Shown here: positions 34,997 through 44,043 of the stretch, piece by piece
Numbering within the stretch: position 1 is the stretch's first letter
Layout: each line of letters starts with the position of its first letter
Virus record (IMG/VR): IMGVR_UViG_3300037063_000214
Source of the DNA: a virus
Length of the DNA: 64,000 nt
Strand: one strand, 5' to 3'
Notes under the pieces: generated by a model
Databases searched by the model: none
Told to the model about the DNA's origin: nothing
What the model saw: the letters and a program-made list of their open reading frames with translations, nothing else
Made by a program: the position numbers and the translations under genes

Positions 34997-35834
34997 TCGT
35001 TGCCGCCTTTCTCACCAGTATATCATTTTCCCAAGCATATGGAATTAAATCTCTCAAATAATTCCGATTTCGAGTAAACACCGGCGTATTTTCGTCAATT
35101 ACCCAGTTGGTATTTCCGATGGTTACTGAGTCAATTTTCCGAATTATGCGTCCGTGCTTAAAAGAAGCTGGGTGCTTTGCCCAATTGTCGCCTGCGGCTT
35201 GAATAATTTCGTGTTGCGCTGCACGATTTTTTCCGTGAAGTTGTTTGTGACTGGCGTATGCTTGTGCCAGCATGGTTACGCTATTTCGTTCAGCGTCCTG
35301 TTGTCGCCAAACATAGTAATTTTCGACTTCAACCAGATCAGGAATCGTGAATACCCTAGCGTCAAACATAGCGTTCATGAGTTTTTTACCGCCAAGCAAA
35401 GATGTATCACGGGCAGACGTTACCAGCCAGCCTTCTCCGAAGGAGTCGCGGAGCGCCAGCTTCTGGTAGTAGCCGACTTGAAGGTTAAATGCCGTTGTAG
35501 CGATGGAAGCCCCCACGCTCACCCATTTCTGTATCACACCATCAAACCAGGGCTCAGTTTTGATATCGAGAAAATCCACAGCCAATAAACTGATTTCATC
35601 GGATTGAATGTAGGCGAATTGAGCCCCGCTGATTTGCTCACAAAGTGCCCTTGCTGCGGCATTCATGCAGTCCATAAATTGCTTGTCGTAGGGCTTTGCC
35701 AGTCCTTTAGTCCATGTATGGAAAGCTCTGCCAACGCGAAGAATGGTGTAAGTACGCTTCGGCAGAAGAAAACGGTACACATTTTCATGCCGTTTCATCC
35801 GATCACCCAGGGAATCGGCTTTAGATTTGCTCAT
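34989..35834 (-). CDS. Thg1-like protein (tRNA-His guanylyltransferase / 3'-5' polymerase family)
   Basis: N-terminal region aligns by eye to Thg1 (YTILRVGRAFHTWTKGLAKPYD versus [25 protein letters not shown]) and the AYIQSDEISLL region to the GQSDE motif. The first catalytic Asp (RLDG) appears to be deleted. Confidence 0.65.
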   Translation of the reverse strand: MSKSKADSLGDRMKRHENVYRFLLPKRTYTILRVGRAFHTWTKGLAKPYDKQFMDCMNAAARALCEQISGAQFAYIQSDEISLLAVDFLDIKTEPWFDGVIQKWVSVGASIATTAFNLQVGYYQKLALRDSFGEGWLVTSARDTSLLGGKKLMNAMFDARVFTIPDLVEVENYYVWRQQDAERNSVTMLAQAYASHKQLHGKNRAAQHEIIQAAGDNWAKHPASFKHGRIIRKIDSVTIGNTNWVIDENTPVFTRNRNYLRDLIPYAWENDILVRKAATSE

Positions 35835-35887
35835 ATAAAGTTGGATGCAAATAGATAAGAAATAATACAGTAAAATTTTGGAGTTGT

Positions 35888-36472
35888 CTAGCCCAATAGA
35901 TTGTTGACGATATCGGCTAAAAGGAAAGATGTCTGCTTGGGAATGCCTGGGTTGGTGGGGGAAATTGGTGCTTGAGGAACCGTGGCTTCTTCTGTACGAT
36001 GTACTGCGGGAACAACTTCAGCGGCATTAGGAGTTCCATATTTTTGAAGAAAATCAACTAGTTCATCTTGAGATGAGGCAACGGCCAGTTTGCTGAAATC
36101 CTTGAAAGTGGCTCGCGGCTTAAATGTGGAGAATGTGAAAGACAAAGTTCGTATACCCTCACCACCAGTTCCTCTGTAAACAAAATCATCGTTCCCCAGT
36201 TTCAAACCGCTGCCGTGTAGGTAATAAATAATATCTCCGGAGAGAGGCAATGCAACCGCTACTTCGCTGACTTGTACATCTTCTTCCTGTACATCCTCGC
36301 TATCAGCTACGGCTTCTCTAGCAGCGTCTAAAATATTAGGATTGGTAGTGATCCCGTAGATATGCAACCTCATATCCTTTATGGAGTCAGCATCAAGCAT
36401 CTCCAAAAGATCAAGGGTATCCCGCATTTCAACAATTTTAGATTCTTCGACTTCAACAAAACGTGGTGGCAT
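35888..36472 (-). CDS. hypothetical protein
   Basis: 194-aa ORF. Confidence 0.4.
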   Translation of the reverse strand: MPPRFVEVEESKIVEMRDTLDLLEMLDADSIKDMRLHIYGITTNPNILDAAREAVADSEDVQEEDVQVSEVAVALPLSGDIIYYLHGSGLKLGNDDFVYRGTGGEGIRTLSFTFSTFKPRATFKDFSKLAVASSQDELVDFLQKYGTPNAAEVVPAVHRTEEATVPQAPISPTNPGIPKQTSFLLADIVNNLLG

Positions 36473-36512
36473 TCTGTATCCTGTTCACGAGCAGACCTCT
36501 GATCTACCCTAC

Positions 36513-36716
36513 TTAAGGATCCGATATAGTTTTTTCAGCTTTCGCCATCACTTTATTCCAGGTTTTTGAGAATAGCTTATCAAATTTGGCGAAAACGCCA
36601 TCATCCAGGACAAGTTCAAGCTCAGTCACCCCCGCTGGAACATTGTAAACTAAGGGTTTACCGGACATTAGGCGTTCCATCCGAGCGGGGGTAACTTTCA
36701 CACGAGCTTTCATCAA
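36513..36716 (-). CDS. small hypothetical protein
   Basis: 67-aa ORF. Confidence 0.3.
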   Translation of the reverse strand: MMKARVKVTPARMERLMSGKPLVYNVPAGVTELELVLDDGVFAKFDKLFSKTWNKVMAKAEKTISDP

Positions 36717-36844
36717 AAACTCCTAACACGAAAATCTTTTTCCCTAACACTCACACCAGTCAACATCTCCAGCGGCATCAACCCTGTCCATACAACCCGT
36801 ATCAGTGTGTCTATCGATTGGATGCTTGCAACCGGGACAAAGAG

Positions 36845-37267
36845 TTATATTTTTATATTTTCAAGGATTTTTCGCTCAGTTTTCAAGTCTCGATTCACTG
36901 CCCGATCTTCGGAGAATTTTTCCCCATATCGTGCTTTCAGTTTAGCAATATTGTTTTCCATGATGGTTGGAAAATCAATACCGATTTCATTGCTGAATAT
37001 AGCCAAATACCACAGGCAGTCACCGACCTCTTCTGCAATATTTACTATGTCAAGGGGGGTGCCGTAAAATATATGCTTCTTTAAAGCGTCGGCTATTTCT
37101 CCACCTTCAGTTTGAATGCCTAAAGAACCGTGAAGAAGACGAATCGTTCTTTCATTAGAAAGACGCTTAGCTATGGTTGAAAAATCTGTACTTTCAGTGC
37201 GGGACGCTAATTGTTGGTATTGATGCTCCCAGAGTAAACTCTGGGGATTCCTGTCCGAGTTAGACAT
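36845..37267 (-). CDS. MazG-like nucleotide pyrophosphohydrolase
   Basis: EEVGDCLWYL and the surrounding all-alpha NTP-PPase pattern. The longer upstream extension (to 37351) overlaps the tnpB 3' end and is probably not translated. Confidence 0.55.
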   Translation of the reverse strand: MSNSDRNPQSLLWEHQYQQLASRTESTDFSTIAKRLSNERTIRLLHGSLGIQTEGGEIADALKKHIFYGTPLDIVNIAEEVGDCLWYLAIFSNEIGIDFPTIMENNIAKLKARYGEKFSEDRAVNRDLKTERKILENIKI

Positions 37268-38345
37268 AAGCCAACTCCTCGTGGGCACATCCTGCCCCGG
37301 CGAATAGCGTGTTACGAGCCGCATTGACATCGCGGTCGTACTCTGCTCCACAAGCAGAACATCGCCATTGCCTTACCGACAATTCTGCAAGTCCTGTGGG
37401 TCCTGTCGGATTACCACATTCGTTACAGGTCTTGGTGGAATACTTGGAAGCAACTTCGATAAACGTCCCACCGCTTTTGGGCATCTTGTAGGACAACATC
37501 TGTCGAATTTGTGCGTGAGATGAACTGCTCACGCTCTTCCCGAATCGTTTTGCGATTCCCTTGATTGCATCTTTGCTCCAAACTATGAGCACGTTCTCAG
37601 ATACCAGCTTCGTTGTTAGCTTGTGGTTCCTATCTTTCTTGCGGTTGGCGATGCGCTCCTGAATCCTCGCTGCCAACTGTTTGTTGTGACCACGCTGTGC
37701 TTGTCCAAGACGCTCTGCTGCCGCTTCTAACTCCCGTGGGTGTTCGATGACCTCTCCATCCGAAGTTGTGAGCAGGTTTGAAAATCCGGGATCAATGCCT
37801 ATCGCCCCAAACGCCAAACGCTTAATCGGATTCGGCTCTGCGTCTATGAATAGACACAGATACCATCCAGACGCACGCTTGATCAATCGTCCACACTTGA
37901 TCTTTCCCTCTGATATTTCCTGCTTGTGAAAGCGGACACTGCCCAAACCCGGAAGCGTAATGCGGTTGCCTTTTGGTGCCTTGATGGGATCGGGGAACGG
38001 GATGCTGGACATCTTGTTACGCATCCCTTTGAGTTTTGGTTTGCCTGCGGTCTTCTTAAAGCAACGCTTCCACGCATCGTGGACGGTGCAGAGCACGCCC
38101 TGAATTGTGTGGCTCGGTATACCCAACTTCTCTCCGTGGTTCGCCAACAAGTTTTGAAAATCGTTCTTGGAGAAGTAGATTTTGTCCTTGGCGTTTAGCT
38201 CGATCTTGCGGACGGCAAAGTTGTAAACCGAAGCCAAATTATAGAGCCACTGGTCGTAGATTTGTTCTTGCGCCTTACAAGGTCGAAGTTTGAGTTGGAC
38301 TTGTAGCATAGTGTCTAATACCGCCTAATAAGGTATTCGCTTATC
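37150..38345 (-). mobile_element. solo IS605/IS1341-type insertion (tnpB without tnpA); approximate ends
   Basis: tnpB has compositional contrast with its flanks and no Y1 transposase gene adjacent. Palindromic sequence at 38311-38343. Confidence 0.5.
37260..38309 (-). CDS. tnpB: TnpB (IS200/IS605-family OrfB; RNA-guided nuclease family)
   Basis: N-terminal OrfB_IS605 pattern. C-terminal zinc finger CNECG...CSACG with RuvC-III-like DVNAARN. GC-rich relative to flanks. Confidence 0.8.
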   Translation of the reverse strand: MLQVQLKLRPCKAQEQIYDQWLYNLASVYNFAVRKIELNAKDKIYFSKNDFQNLLANHGEKLGIPSHTIQGVLCTVHDAWKRCFKKTAGKPKLKGMRNKMSSIPFPDPIKAPKGNRITLPGLGSVRFHKQEISEGKIKCGRLIKRASGWYLCLFIDAEPNPIKRLAFGAIGIDPGFSNLLTTSDGEVIEHPRELEAAAERLGQAQRGHNKQLAARIQERIANRKKDRNHKLTTKLVSENVLIVWSKDAIKGIAKRFGKSVSSSSHAQIRQMLSYKMPKSGGTFIEVASKYSTKTCNECGNPTGPTGLAELSVRQWRCSACGAEYDRDVNAARNTLFAGAGCAHEELAYV

Positions 38346-39273
38346 AACGAGTGGCGGTGTATATCAATGTGGCGGCTATAACTATAGCTCCACTAAATAT
38401 GGCAGCCCAAGCCAATACTTGACCGAGATCACGGGGCTGTTGTCCTTCATCTGCGAGTTGGAAACTTGGTTGATTACAGGGAGGTTGATCCGATGCCTGC
38501 TTTTCCAGAGGGTCAGACAGATCTTCTATTTTAGACTTAGATATATCTGTCCAATCAAATACATTATCGTGCCAAGGGTTTTTGCATGATTCAATTTCAG
38601 ATTTACCGGCGTCATTTACAAAATGAATATCTCCGCGTTCTTCTTTTCTGGTGCTACCACATACCGGGCAATAATGAGTTGCAGCTTCAATATCTCGTTC
38701 CGCCTCTACCGGGTCATTCAGCTTAGGCGCTTCTGGGTTAGTGACATGCCAAGAATCTGTACAAGCTGTGAATTCATGAGTTGATATTCCTTCTCGGCTT
38801 GCTAGGCAACTAGCATCTGTGCAACGATGCACATCTTTATCAGTGCTTTGACAAGTTGGACAATCCGCTAAGGTAGATAATTTCATCTCTACCTGATCTC
38901 CGTATCCCAAACCTCGAACAGTTAAAGGTGCAGCAGATGCGCTGTCGGAGGCGAACAGTTCGTCGAACTTCTCTGCAAATGAACCACATTCTTTGATCTT
39001 AGCTAACGCTGGGGTATAAGGCTTCCATACTTTTCTCTTTGAGAGTTTTTTGTAAAAACGATAAGCCCTAATAATAAAACGACCAGGCACACTAAGAAGA
39101 AGTTTCGCGTCTTTAGCCGTTCCGGTCCACACGATTACCGAATGAACAAGTACCGCTGCCTTGGCATCATGATCAACTTGGTTCCATTTAATATTGGGTG
39201 GGTATATGTGACTCTCGTGCTTGTCGAAGTAATCAACTCTGTACGGTCTTTGTTTAGTTGGCATAATCCTCAA
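38344..39273 (-). CDS. hypothetical Cys-rich protein with C-terminal TM helix
   Basis: 309-aa ORF. Confidence 0.4.
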   Translation of the reverse strand: MRIMPTKQRPYRVDYFDKHESHIYPPNIKWNQVDHDAKAAVLVHSVIVWTGTAKDAKLLLSVPGRFIIRAYRFYKKLSKRKVWKPYTPALAKIKECGSFAEKFDELFASDSASAAPLTVRGLGYGDQVEMKLSTLADCPTCQSTDKDVHRCTDASCLASREGISTHEFTACTDSWHVTNPEAPKLNDPVEAERDIEAATHYCPVCGSTRKEERGDIHFVNDAGKSEIESCKNPWHDNVFDWTDISKSKIEDLSDPLEKQASDQPPCNQPSFQLADEGQQPRDLGQVLAWAAIFSGAIVIAATLIYTATR

Positions 39274-39277
39274 TAAA

Positions 39278-39772
39278 CTATTCTACCACAGAATATTCTT
39301 TATGGTCTACCCCAGCCTCTTCATAGTAGCTAAATGTGCGTTTAAAAGCTTCTCCCCATCGTTGTTCCATTTCCGGGGCTGTATAAGCAACAAATCTGGT
39401 TATACCGGCCTGTATCATCTGCACAGCGCACCTATCACAACAAGGGCCGGTGGTGTATAAAGTGCAACCTTGTACCAGCTCATTAGCAAAAAGTAGAGCG
39501 TTTACTTCACCATGGATGACCCTAGAATATTTCACTTCTCGATTGTTGTACAGTTCATCCGCGTCAGACATTTTTTGTGGGAATCCGTTAAATCCAACGG
39601 ATGCTACTGATTTATTTTCTCTTACAATTACGGCCCCACATTTTGTGCTAGTATCTTTACTCCATGTTGATACTAGTTTCGCCATCTCTAGAAATCTCAA
39701 ATCCCATTTTTTCTGGTTGTCTTTTAACGCTTCATCATCAGTATTCCACTTATTATCTACATTGGGTTCCAT
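39278..39772 (-). CDS. dCMP deaminase (cytidine/deoxycytidylate deaminase family)
   Basis: HGEVNAL ... PCCDRC zinc-binding motifs. Confidence 0.75.
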   Translation of the reverse strand: MEPNVDNKWNTDDEALKDNQKKWDLRFLEMAKLVSTWSKDTSTKCGAVIVRENKSVASVGFNGFPQKMSDADELYNNREVKYSRVIHGEVNALLFANELVQGCTLYTTGPCCDRCAVQMIQAGITRFVAYTAPEMEQRWGEAFKRTFSYYEEAGVDHKEYSVVE

Positions 39773-40794
39773 TATCTATCCCCTCCTGCCTCTACTTCAA
39801 ATTCTTTTCGATATTGTTTCCATGATCGAAAATTACCACTGTACTCATCTAATACCATTGGCGTAGCAATATGTTCAAAGGGGGACCAATGTGCAGAGGT
39901 GCTAAGACGATCGCACAACTCAATATCACGATTTATATCTGATCTTTCTCCGCTTTCAGGTAGAAAATAACTAACTCTAGCGCATCTAGCGGTACTTATT
40001 TTCTTAAGGATTTCCATGAGATATAATCCTCGAACTGGCTTGAGATTGTGGATATGCCCATGTCTTTGATTTTCTTCTGCTATTCTATCCTCTCGCTCAA
40101 TACAAACCGCTTTATAAACATCCTCGTTATCAATGAATGGGAGATGCCAATCCATATCCCCTATTTCGTTACCTGTAGCGCGTAATACTTGCAATTTTCC
40201 GGTCTTTACCCCTGAGTTTAGATATGCTGGGGCATTCTCATAACCCCCTCTACACCTAGCGTTAAGATCATGAATTTTAAAAAGACGATTCACATACTCT
40301 ACTTGTTCCTGCATTTGGCGAGCTAATTCATGAAAATGAGGCTCAGCATCGGGATGGTTGCGCAGCTTGAAAACGTTCTTCAGATCGGTACAAGTTACTA
40401 CTTGTTGAGTGAATGTCCATGGTTCTACAATCCGATTCACAACTTGTTTATGGGCTCCTACTTTATCCAGTATCCATGACGCCCCCACCATTGGATAACG
40501 AGCGAACTTCCAGGTTTGAAGGGCTACAAATTTTCTCCAGCCAGCTAGTTCTTCACCTGCTTGCATTCCTTTTTTATTTTGACCGATGGTAAGGGGCACA
40601 AAGGGGTCCGTTAACACTCGTTCCCGTTGCTTACGAGCGGGTATAGCGCGAGATGATGCTGTATTGCGACTCAGCATGCGGTGCGTGTTAACTTCGGCTA
40701 AAATGCAACGAGGATACACAAGAACAAAAGTGTATAAATTTACACCTGTGTGTAGGTTTTTACTTGTAAGAATAAGTTTGGATTCTACTTTCAT
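39772..40794 (-). CDS. thyX: flavin-dependent thymidylate synthase, ThyX-like
   Basis: ThyX-type motif THRMLSRNTASSR (RHR...S.N..S.R). Longer than typical ThyX. Confidence 0.55.
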   Translation of the reverse strand: MKVESKLILTSKNLHTGVNLYTFVLVYPRCILAEVNTHRMLSRNTASSRAIPARKQRERVLTDPFVPLTIGQNKKGMQAGEELAGWRKFVALQTWKFARYPMVGASWILDKVGAHKQVVNRIVEPWTFTQQVVTCTDLKNVFKLRNHPDAEPHFHELARQMQEQVEYVNRLFKIHDLNARCRGGYENAPAYLNSGVKTGKLQVLRATGNEIGDMDWHLPFIDNEDVYKAVCIEREDRIAEENQRHGHIHNLKPVRGLYLMEILKKISTARCARVSYFLPESGERSDINRDIELCDRLSTSAHWSPFEHIATPMVLDEYSGNFRSWKQYRKEFEVEAGGDR

Positions 40795-41303
40795 GGTTTC
40801 ACAACTGCATTTGCTTCAAAATCAAAAGACATTTGATCGTGATCGTGATGTTGATCAGAAAGAGCGTTTTCTGTTACTTCAAACCCCGATGCTCGTTCAC
40901 CAAAATATAAACTTCTCGCCATCTGGATACACCAACGAATATTTGGCATGGTATCACAACGATCCATTACATCTAGAACTTCATAGACGGTCACTTCTTC
41001 ATCAAGTATAGTTGTAACATTGTGAACATTGCCGATAGCGCTGAAAAATTCTAGATGGGAATTGGGGGTGTTTAAGGTGAGATAATGTTTCCAGGGTAGG
41101 TCTGGAATACCCGCTTCTTCAAAAAATTCTCTGTTTATAGCTTGGTAACCAGTTTCTCCTAGTTCTACTTTTCCACCTACGCCATTTAATAAACCGGCCT
41201 GAAAACCGGGGCGTAATTTTCGAATCAAAACAACGAGGGATAGAGTGGGGTCAAATAAAAATCCAACAACATATTTTCTTTTTTCTGGCATAAAATAGGA
41301 CAC
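40791..41303 (-). CDS. NUDIX hydrolase
   Basis: Nudix box GGKVELGETGYQAINREFFEEAGI. Confidence 0.7.
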   Translation of the reverse strand: MSYFMPEKRKYVVGFLFDPTLSLVVLIRKLRPGFQAGLLNGVGGKVELGETGYQAINREFFEEAGIPDLPWKHYLTLNTPNSHLEFFSAIGNVHNVTTILDEEVTVYEVLDVMDRCDTMPNIRWCIQMARSLYFGERASGFEVTENALSDQHHDHDQMSFDFEANAVVKP

Positions 41304-41364
41304 GCATTACCGTGTCCTATTTAATACTTACTCCCAGACCTACATCGAGATTTTCCAAGTGTTA

Positions 41365-42192
41365 TTATATCAATACCAAGGATGTTCCGCAATTTGCACA
41401 GAACTTATCTTGAGGTTTTCCAGTTTTACCGCAAGTAGAACACTGAGGTTTATGCTCTACGGTAATGGGTTTAACTACTTTTTTTCCTTTAACATCCCCT
41501 CTTAGCTTGATAACGATCACATTGCTTTGGGATTCGGTTGGAAAATATTCACCCGCAACAAATTTTTGAGAGCTTTCGCTACCAGGCACAGTGATTCCTG
41601 TGTCATTCAAGGTTTGTCCACTTATTGGAACATCTTGTGAATCAAAACTCATGCTTTGTCCGGTGATTTTAGCCCTACGCATTATCGTCCCACTGGATTT
41701 ATAAAGATCCTTCCAGTATGGGTATGGTTTTTTAGGAATGTTACGCCATGGCCTTTTAGGAAGATTTGGACATTTAGGAATATCTGGAATATCTGGAATA
41801 TTCCAGTCATCATAAAACCTATCAAACCCGCTTTGTTCTGGAACAATTTCGGCTTTGTACTCAATGCGGATCAAACCATCATCGGCTTTAATGCCTCGAA
41901 ATTGTTCAATCTCTGCGGTGCGCTCAATAAATTTGAAGCGATTTCCTTTATCCCAGTTGCCGTTGCGAATGTAGCGCTCCAGTTCTATGCTGCTATTGGG
42001 GTTAACGATCAACCAAGTACCGTCAGTGGCATCAGTACCGTCTACAGACACTTTAACCAGCATACGAACAGATTTAAGGTTTTTGAGTTGGACGCTATAC
42101 TCAGCGCCGAAGGGGATACTTACTGTACCAGAGGTTTCACGAAGAACTTTACCGCCTACTTTGACACAGGCAGCGAATTGATTATTATACAT
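41365..42192 (-). CDS. hypothetical protein with C-terminal zinc ribbon
   Basis: CSTCG...CANCG. Confidence 0.4.
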   Translation of the reverse strand: MYNNQFAACVKVGGKVLRETSGTVSIPFGAEYSVQLKNLKSVRMLVKVSVDGTDATDGTWLIVNPNSSIELERYIRNGNWDKGNRFKFIERTAEIEQFRGIKADDGLIRIEYKAEIVPEQSGFDRFYDDWNIPDIPDIPKCPNLPKRPWRNIPKKPYPYWKDLYKSSGTIMRRAKITGQSMSFDSQDVPISGQTLNDTGITVPGSESSQKFVAGEYFPTESQSNVIVIKLRGDVKGKKVVKPITVEHKPQCSTCGKTGKPQDKFCANCGTSLVLI

Positions 42193-42394
42193 ACTGCTCC
42201 TTTTAAACGGCCCGCAGAATAAAGACCCATTTTTGAAATTCTGCTAGATTTGTACTACTGTTATATGATACTCATAGTTTTTAATTTTTGTCAATACAGA
42301 CCCTACCCTCCTTTGTAAATCATTCGTAGCGCTCTACTTACGGGGGTTCTGAACCCCTTAACGACGGAAGTAGTGACTTAAAAATTTTTAGGCC

Positions 42395-43333
42395 TTAAAG
42401 TGCCTGCATACTTTCACCCACAAGTTTTATCCGCTCGCCAATCCAGCGCATTGCTGGAATGACCATGCTATTTCCCAAAGCATGATATCGCCAGGAGTCA
42501 AGACACTCCGAACTGACTTTACCTTTATGCGGGACACGGGTGTAGTTGTCGGGAAACCCCATCAGGCGTTCACACTCTACGGGTGTAAGTTTGCGGATAC
42601 CATTTTCGTCGATGAATTTCGGTCCATGGGTATTCGTGCCGCCTGAGTTTGCCCCAAAAGTCGCTGCAATGTCTCCCGTAATTGCATAGTTGTAGACATC
42701 CGCCCCCATTACCCGATTGCCTTCTTGAGCGCGGCCTCTAGTTGCGGGACGATTTTGTTGCGTGTTTTCATTCGACGCAATATCCCCTTGCAAGCTCTTC
42801 GACTCAAATAATATTTGAGCGGCAGTGCGCCAGTCTCCGCGATGTCCGACAAGGTAGACTCGACGGCGTTTCTGGGGTACTCCAAAGTATTGAGCGTCAA
42901 ACACCCGGTAGGCGAACCCATACCCGAGTTTTTGAATTTGATAGATAAACTCTTGGAATGACTTACCGCCGTCACTGGATAGAACTCCGGTGACATTTTC
43001 CCACAAGAACCATTCAGGTTTAGCAAGGCTGATAATTCGGATAAATTTGAGGGCAAGGTCTCCCCGAGGATCATCAAAGGCTCGTCGTAGGCCTGCTTGA
43101 GAGAAGGATTGGCACGGGGTGCCCCCGACGAGCAGGTCGATTTTATTTTCTTGGAAAGTTTTGGTTTCATGTATTTTTGTCATGTCTCCCAAGTTTGGAA
43201 TTTTTGGGTAGTGCTGTTCTAATACTGAATTCGGAAAGGGTTCGATTTCGGAAAACCACGCAGGCTTCCAGCCGAGCGGCTCCCACGCCACGGTTGCAGC
43301 CTCAATACCGCTGCACACGCTGCCGTAAATCAT
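42395..43333 (-). CDS. DNA (cytosine-5)-methyltransferase
   Basis: Motif IV GGTPCQSFSQAG, motif VI ENV, motif VIII QKRRRVYLVG, motif X GNSMVIP. Confidence 0.85.
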   Translation of the reverse strand: MIYGSVCSGIEAATVAWEPLGWKPAWFSEIEPFPNSVLEQHYPKIPNLGDMTKIHETKTFQENKIDLLVGGTPCQSFSQAGLRRAFDDPRGDLALKFIRIISLAKPEWFLWENVTGVLSSDGGKSFQEFIYQIQKLGYGFAYRVFDAQYFGVPQKRRRVYLVGHRGDWRTAAQILFESKSLQGDIASNENTQQNRPATRGRAQEGNRVMGADVYNYAITGDIAATFGANSGGTNTHGPKFIDENGIRKLTPVECERLMGFPDNYTRVPHKGKVSSECLDSWRYHALGNSMVIPAMRWIGERIKLVGESMQAL

Positions 43334-44043
43334 GCGATATCCTTGAGAATCTCAAGTATTCTATCACGCTTTTCGACAGAAATGTCAGAGTTTTTAACGA
43401 CCCGCTGTAATCCTTTGGCGGAATAACCAATGGCTCTCGGACGGCTGCCTTCTCCCCAAATCACATTATTTTTATCGGGGCGGTTGCATGAACGGCACTG
43501 ACGAATACTATTTTCATTGGTCAGAGACTTGCGGTAATCTCGATGCCCTTGATCTGTGGCTTTTGGATTTTCGCAAGTTTGGCAACCACCATCTAAGGTG
43601 AAATTTGGGTCCGGGCGGCGGCTTCTGGTCTTTCGTCTGTCGTAAGAATTGGGTGCTCCCATAACCCCGTTATTATCTACATAAAAAACATAGCAATCAT
43701 CGGGCACAACGCCTAAGGCGTTTGGGAGGGTATCGCCGCCCTTGTATACAGGAAGCCCTCTTTCAGCCATATGCCAAGGTTGCTGCTGGCGCGATTGGGG
43801 TTTGTATGTTTTGGCGATGTGTGTGTAATCCGCTATGCTCACGGGTTGATTTTTACACGCAATTGCGACAGCTACTTGAATCTGTATGAGTCGCCAATTT
43901 TCTATTCTGTCGTTCTTTTTAAGCAGAGGGTCGGGTAATTTCACAAACGCGGCTACTCCCATAGTCTGGGCATCATGAGATGCTCCTCGCAACCGAGAGT
44001 CGGTGCAACGTTTTACAACCTCATCGTGTGAAAGACTATTCAT
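43330..44043 (-). CDS. hypothetical protein with an HNH-like Cys/His cluster; possible nuclease partner of the two methyltransferases
   Basis: GGCQTCEN...GH...N...CRSCN. Overlaps both flanking MTase genes by a few nt. Confidence 0.35.
   Translation of the reverse strand: MNSLSHDEVVKRCTDSRLRGASHDAQTMGVAAFVKLPDPLLKKNDRIENWRLIQIQVAVAIACKNQPVSIADYTHIAKTYKPQSRQQQPWHMAERGLPVYKGGDTLPNALGVVPDDCYVFYVDNNGVMGAPNSYDRRKTRSRRPDPNFTLDGGCQTCENPKATDQGHRDYRKSLTNENSIRQCRSCNRPDKNNVIWGEGSRPRAIGYSAKGLQRVVKNSDISVEKRDRILEILKDIA

Noticed and set aside
36845-37351. N-terminal 28-aa extension of the MazG ORF overlapping the tnpB stop
   Set aside because: The extension overlaps the tnpB 3' end and precedes a better internal Met. 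Likely not translated.
42709-43170. 153-aa minus-strand ORF inside the C5 methyltransferase gene
   Set aside because: Alternative frame of a gene with clear methyltransferase motifs.
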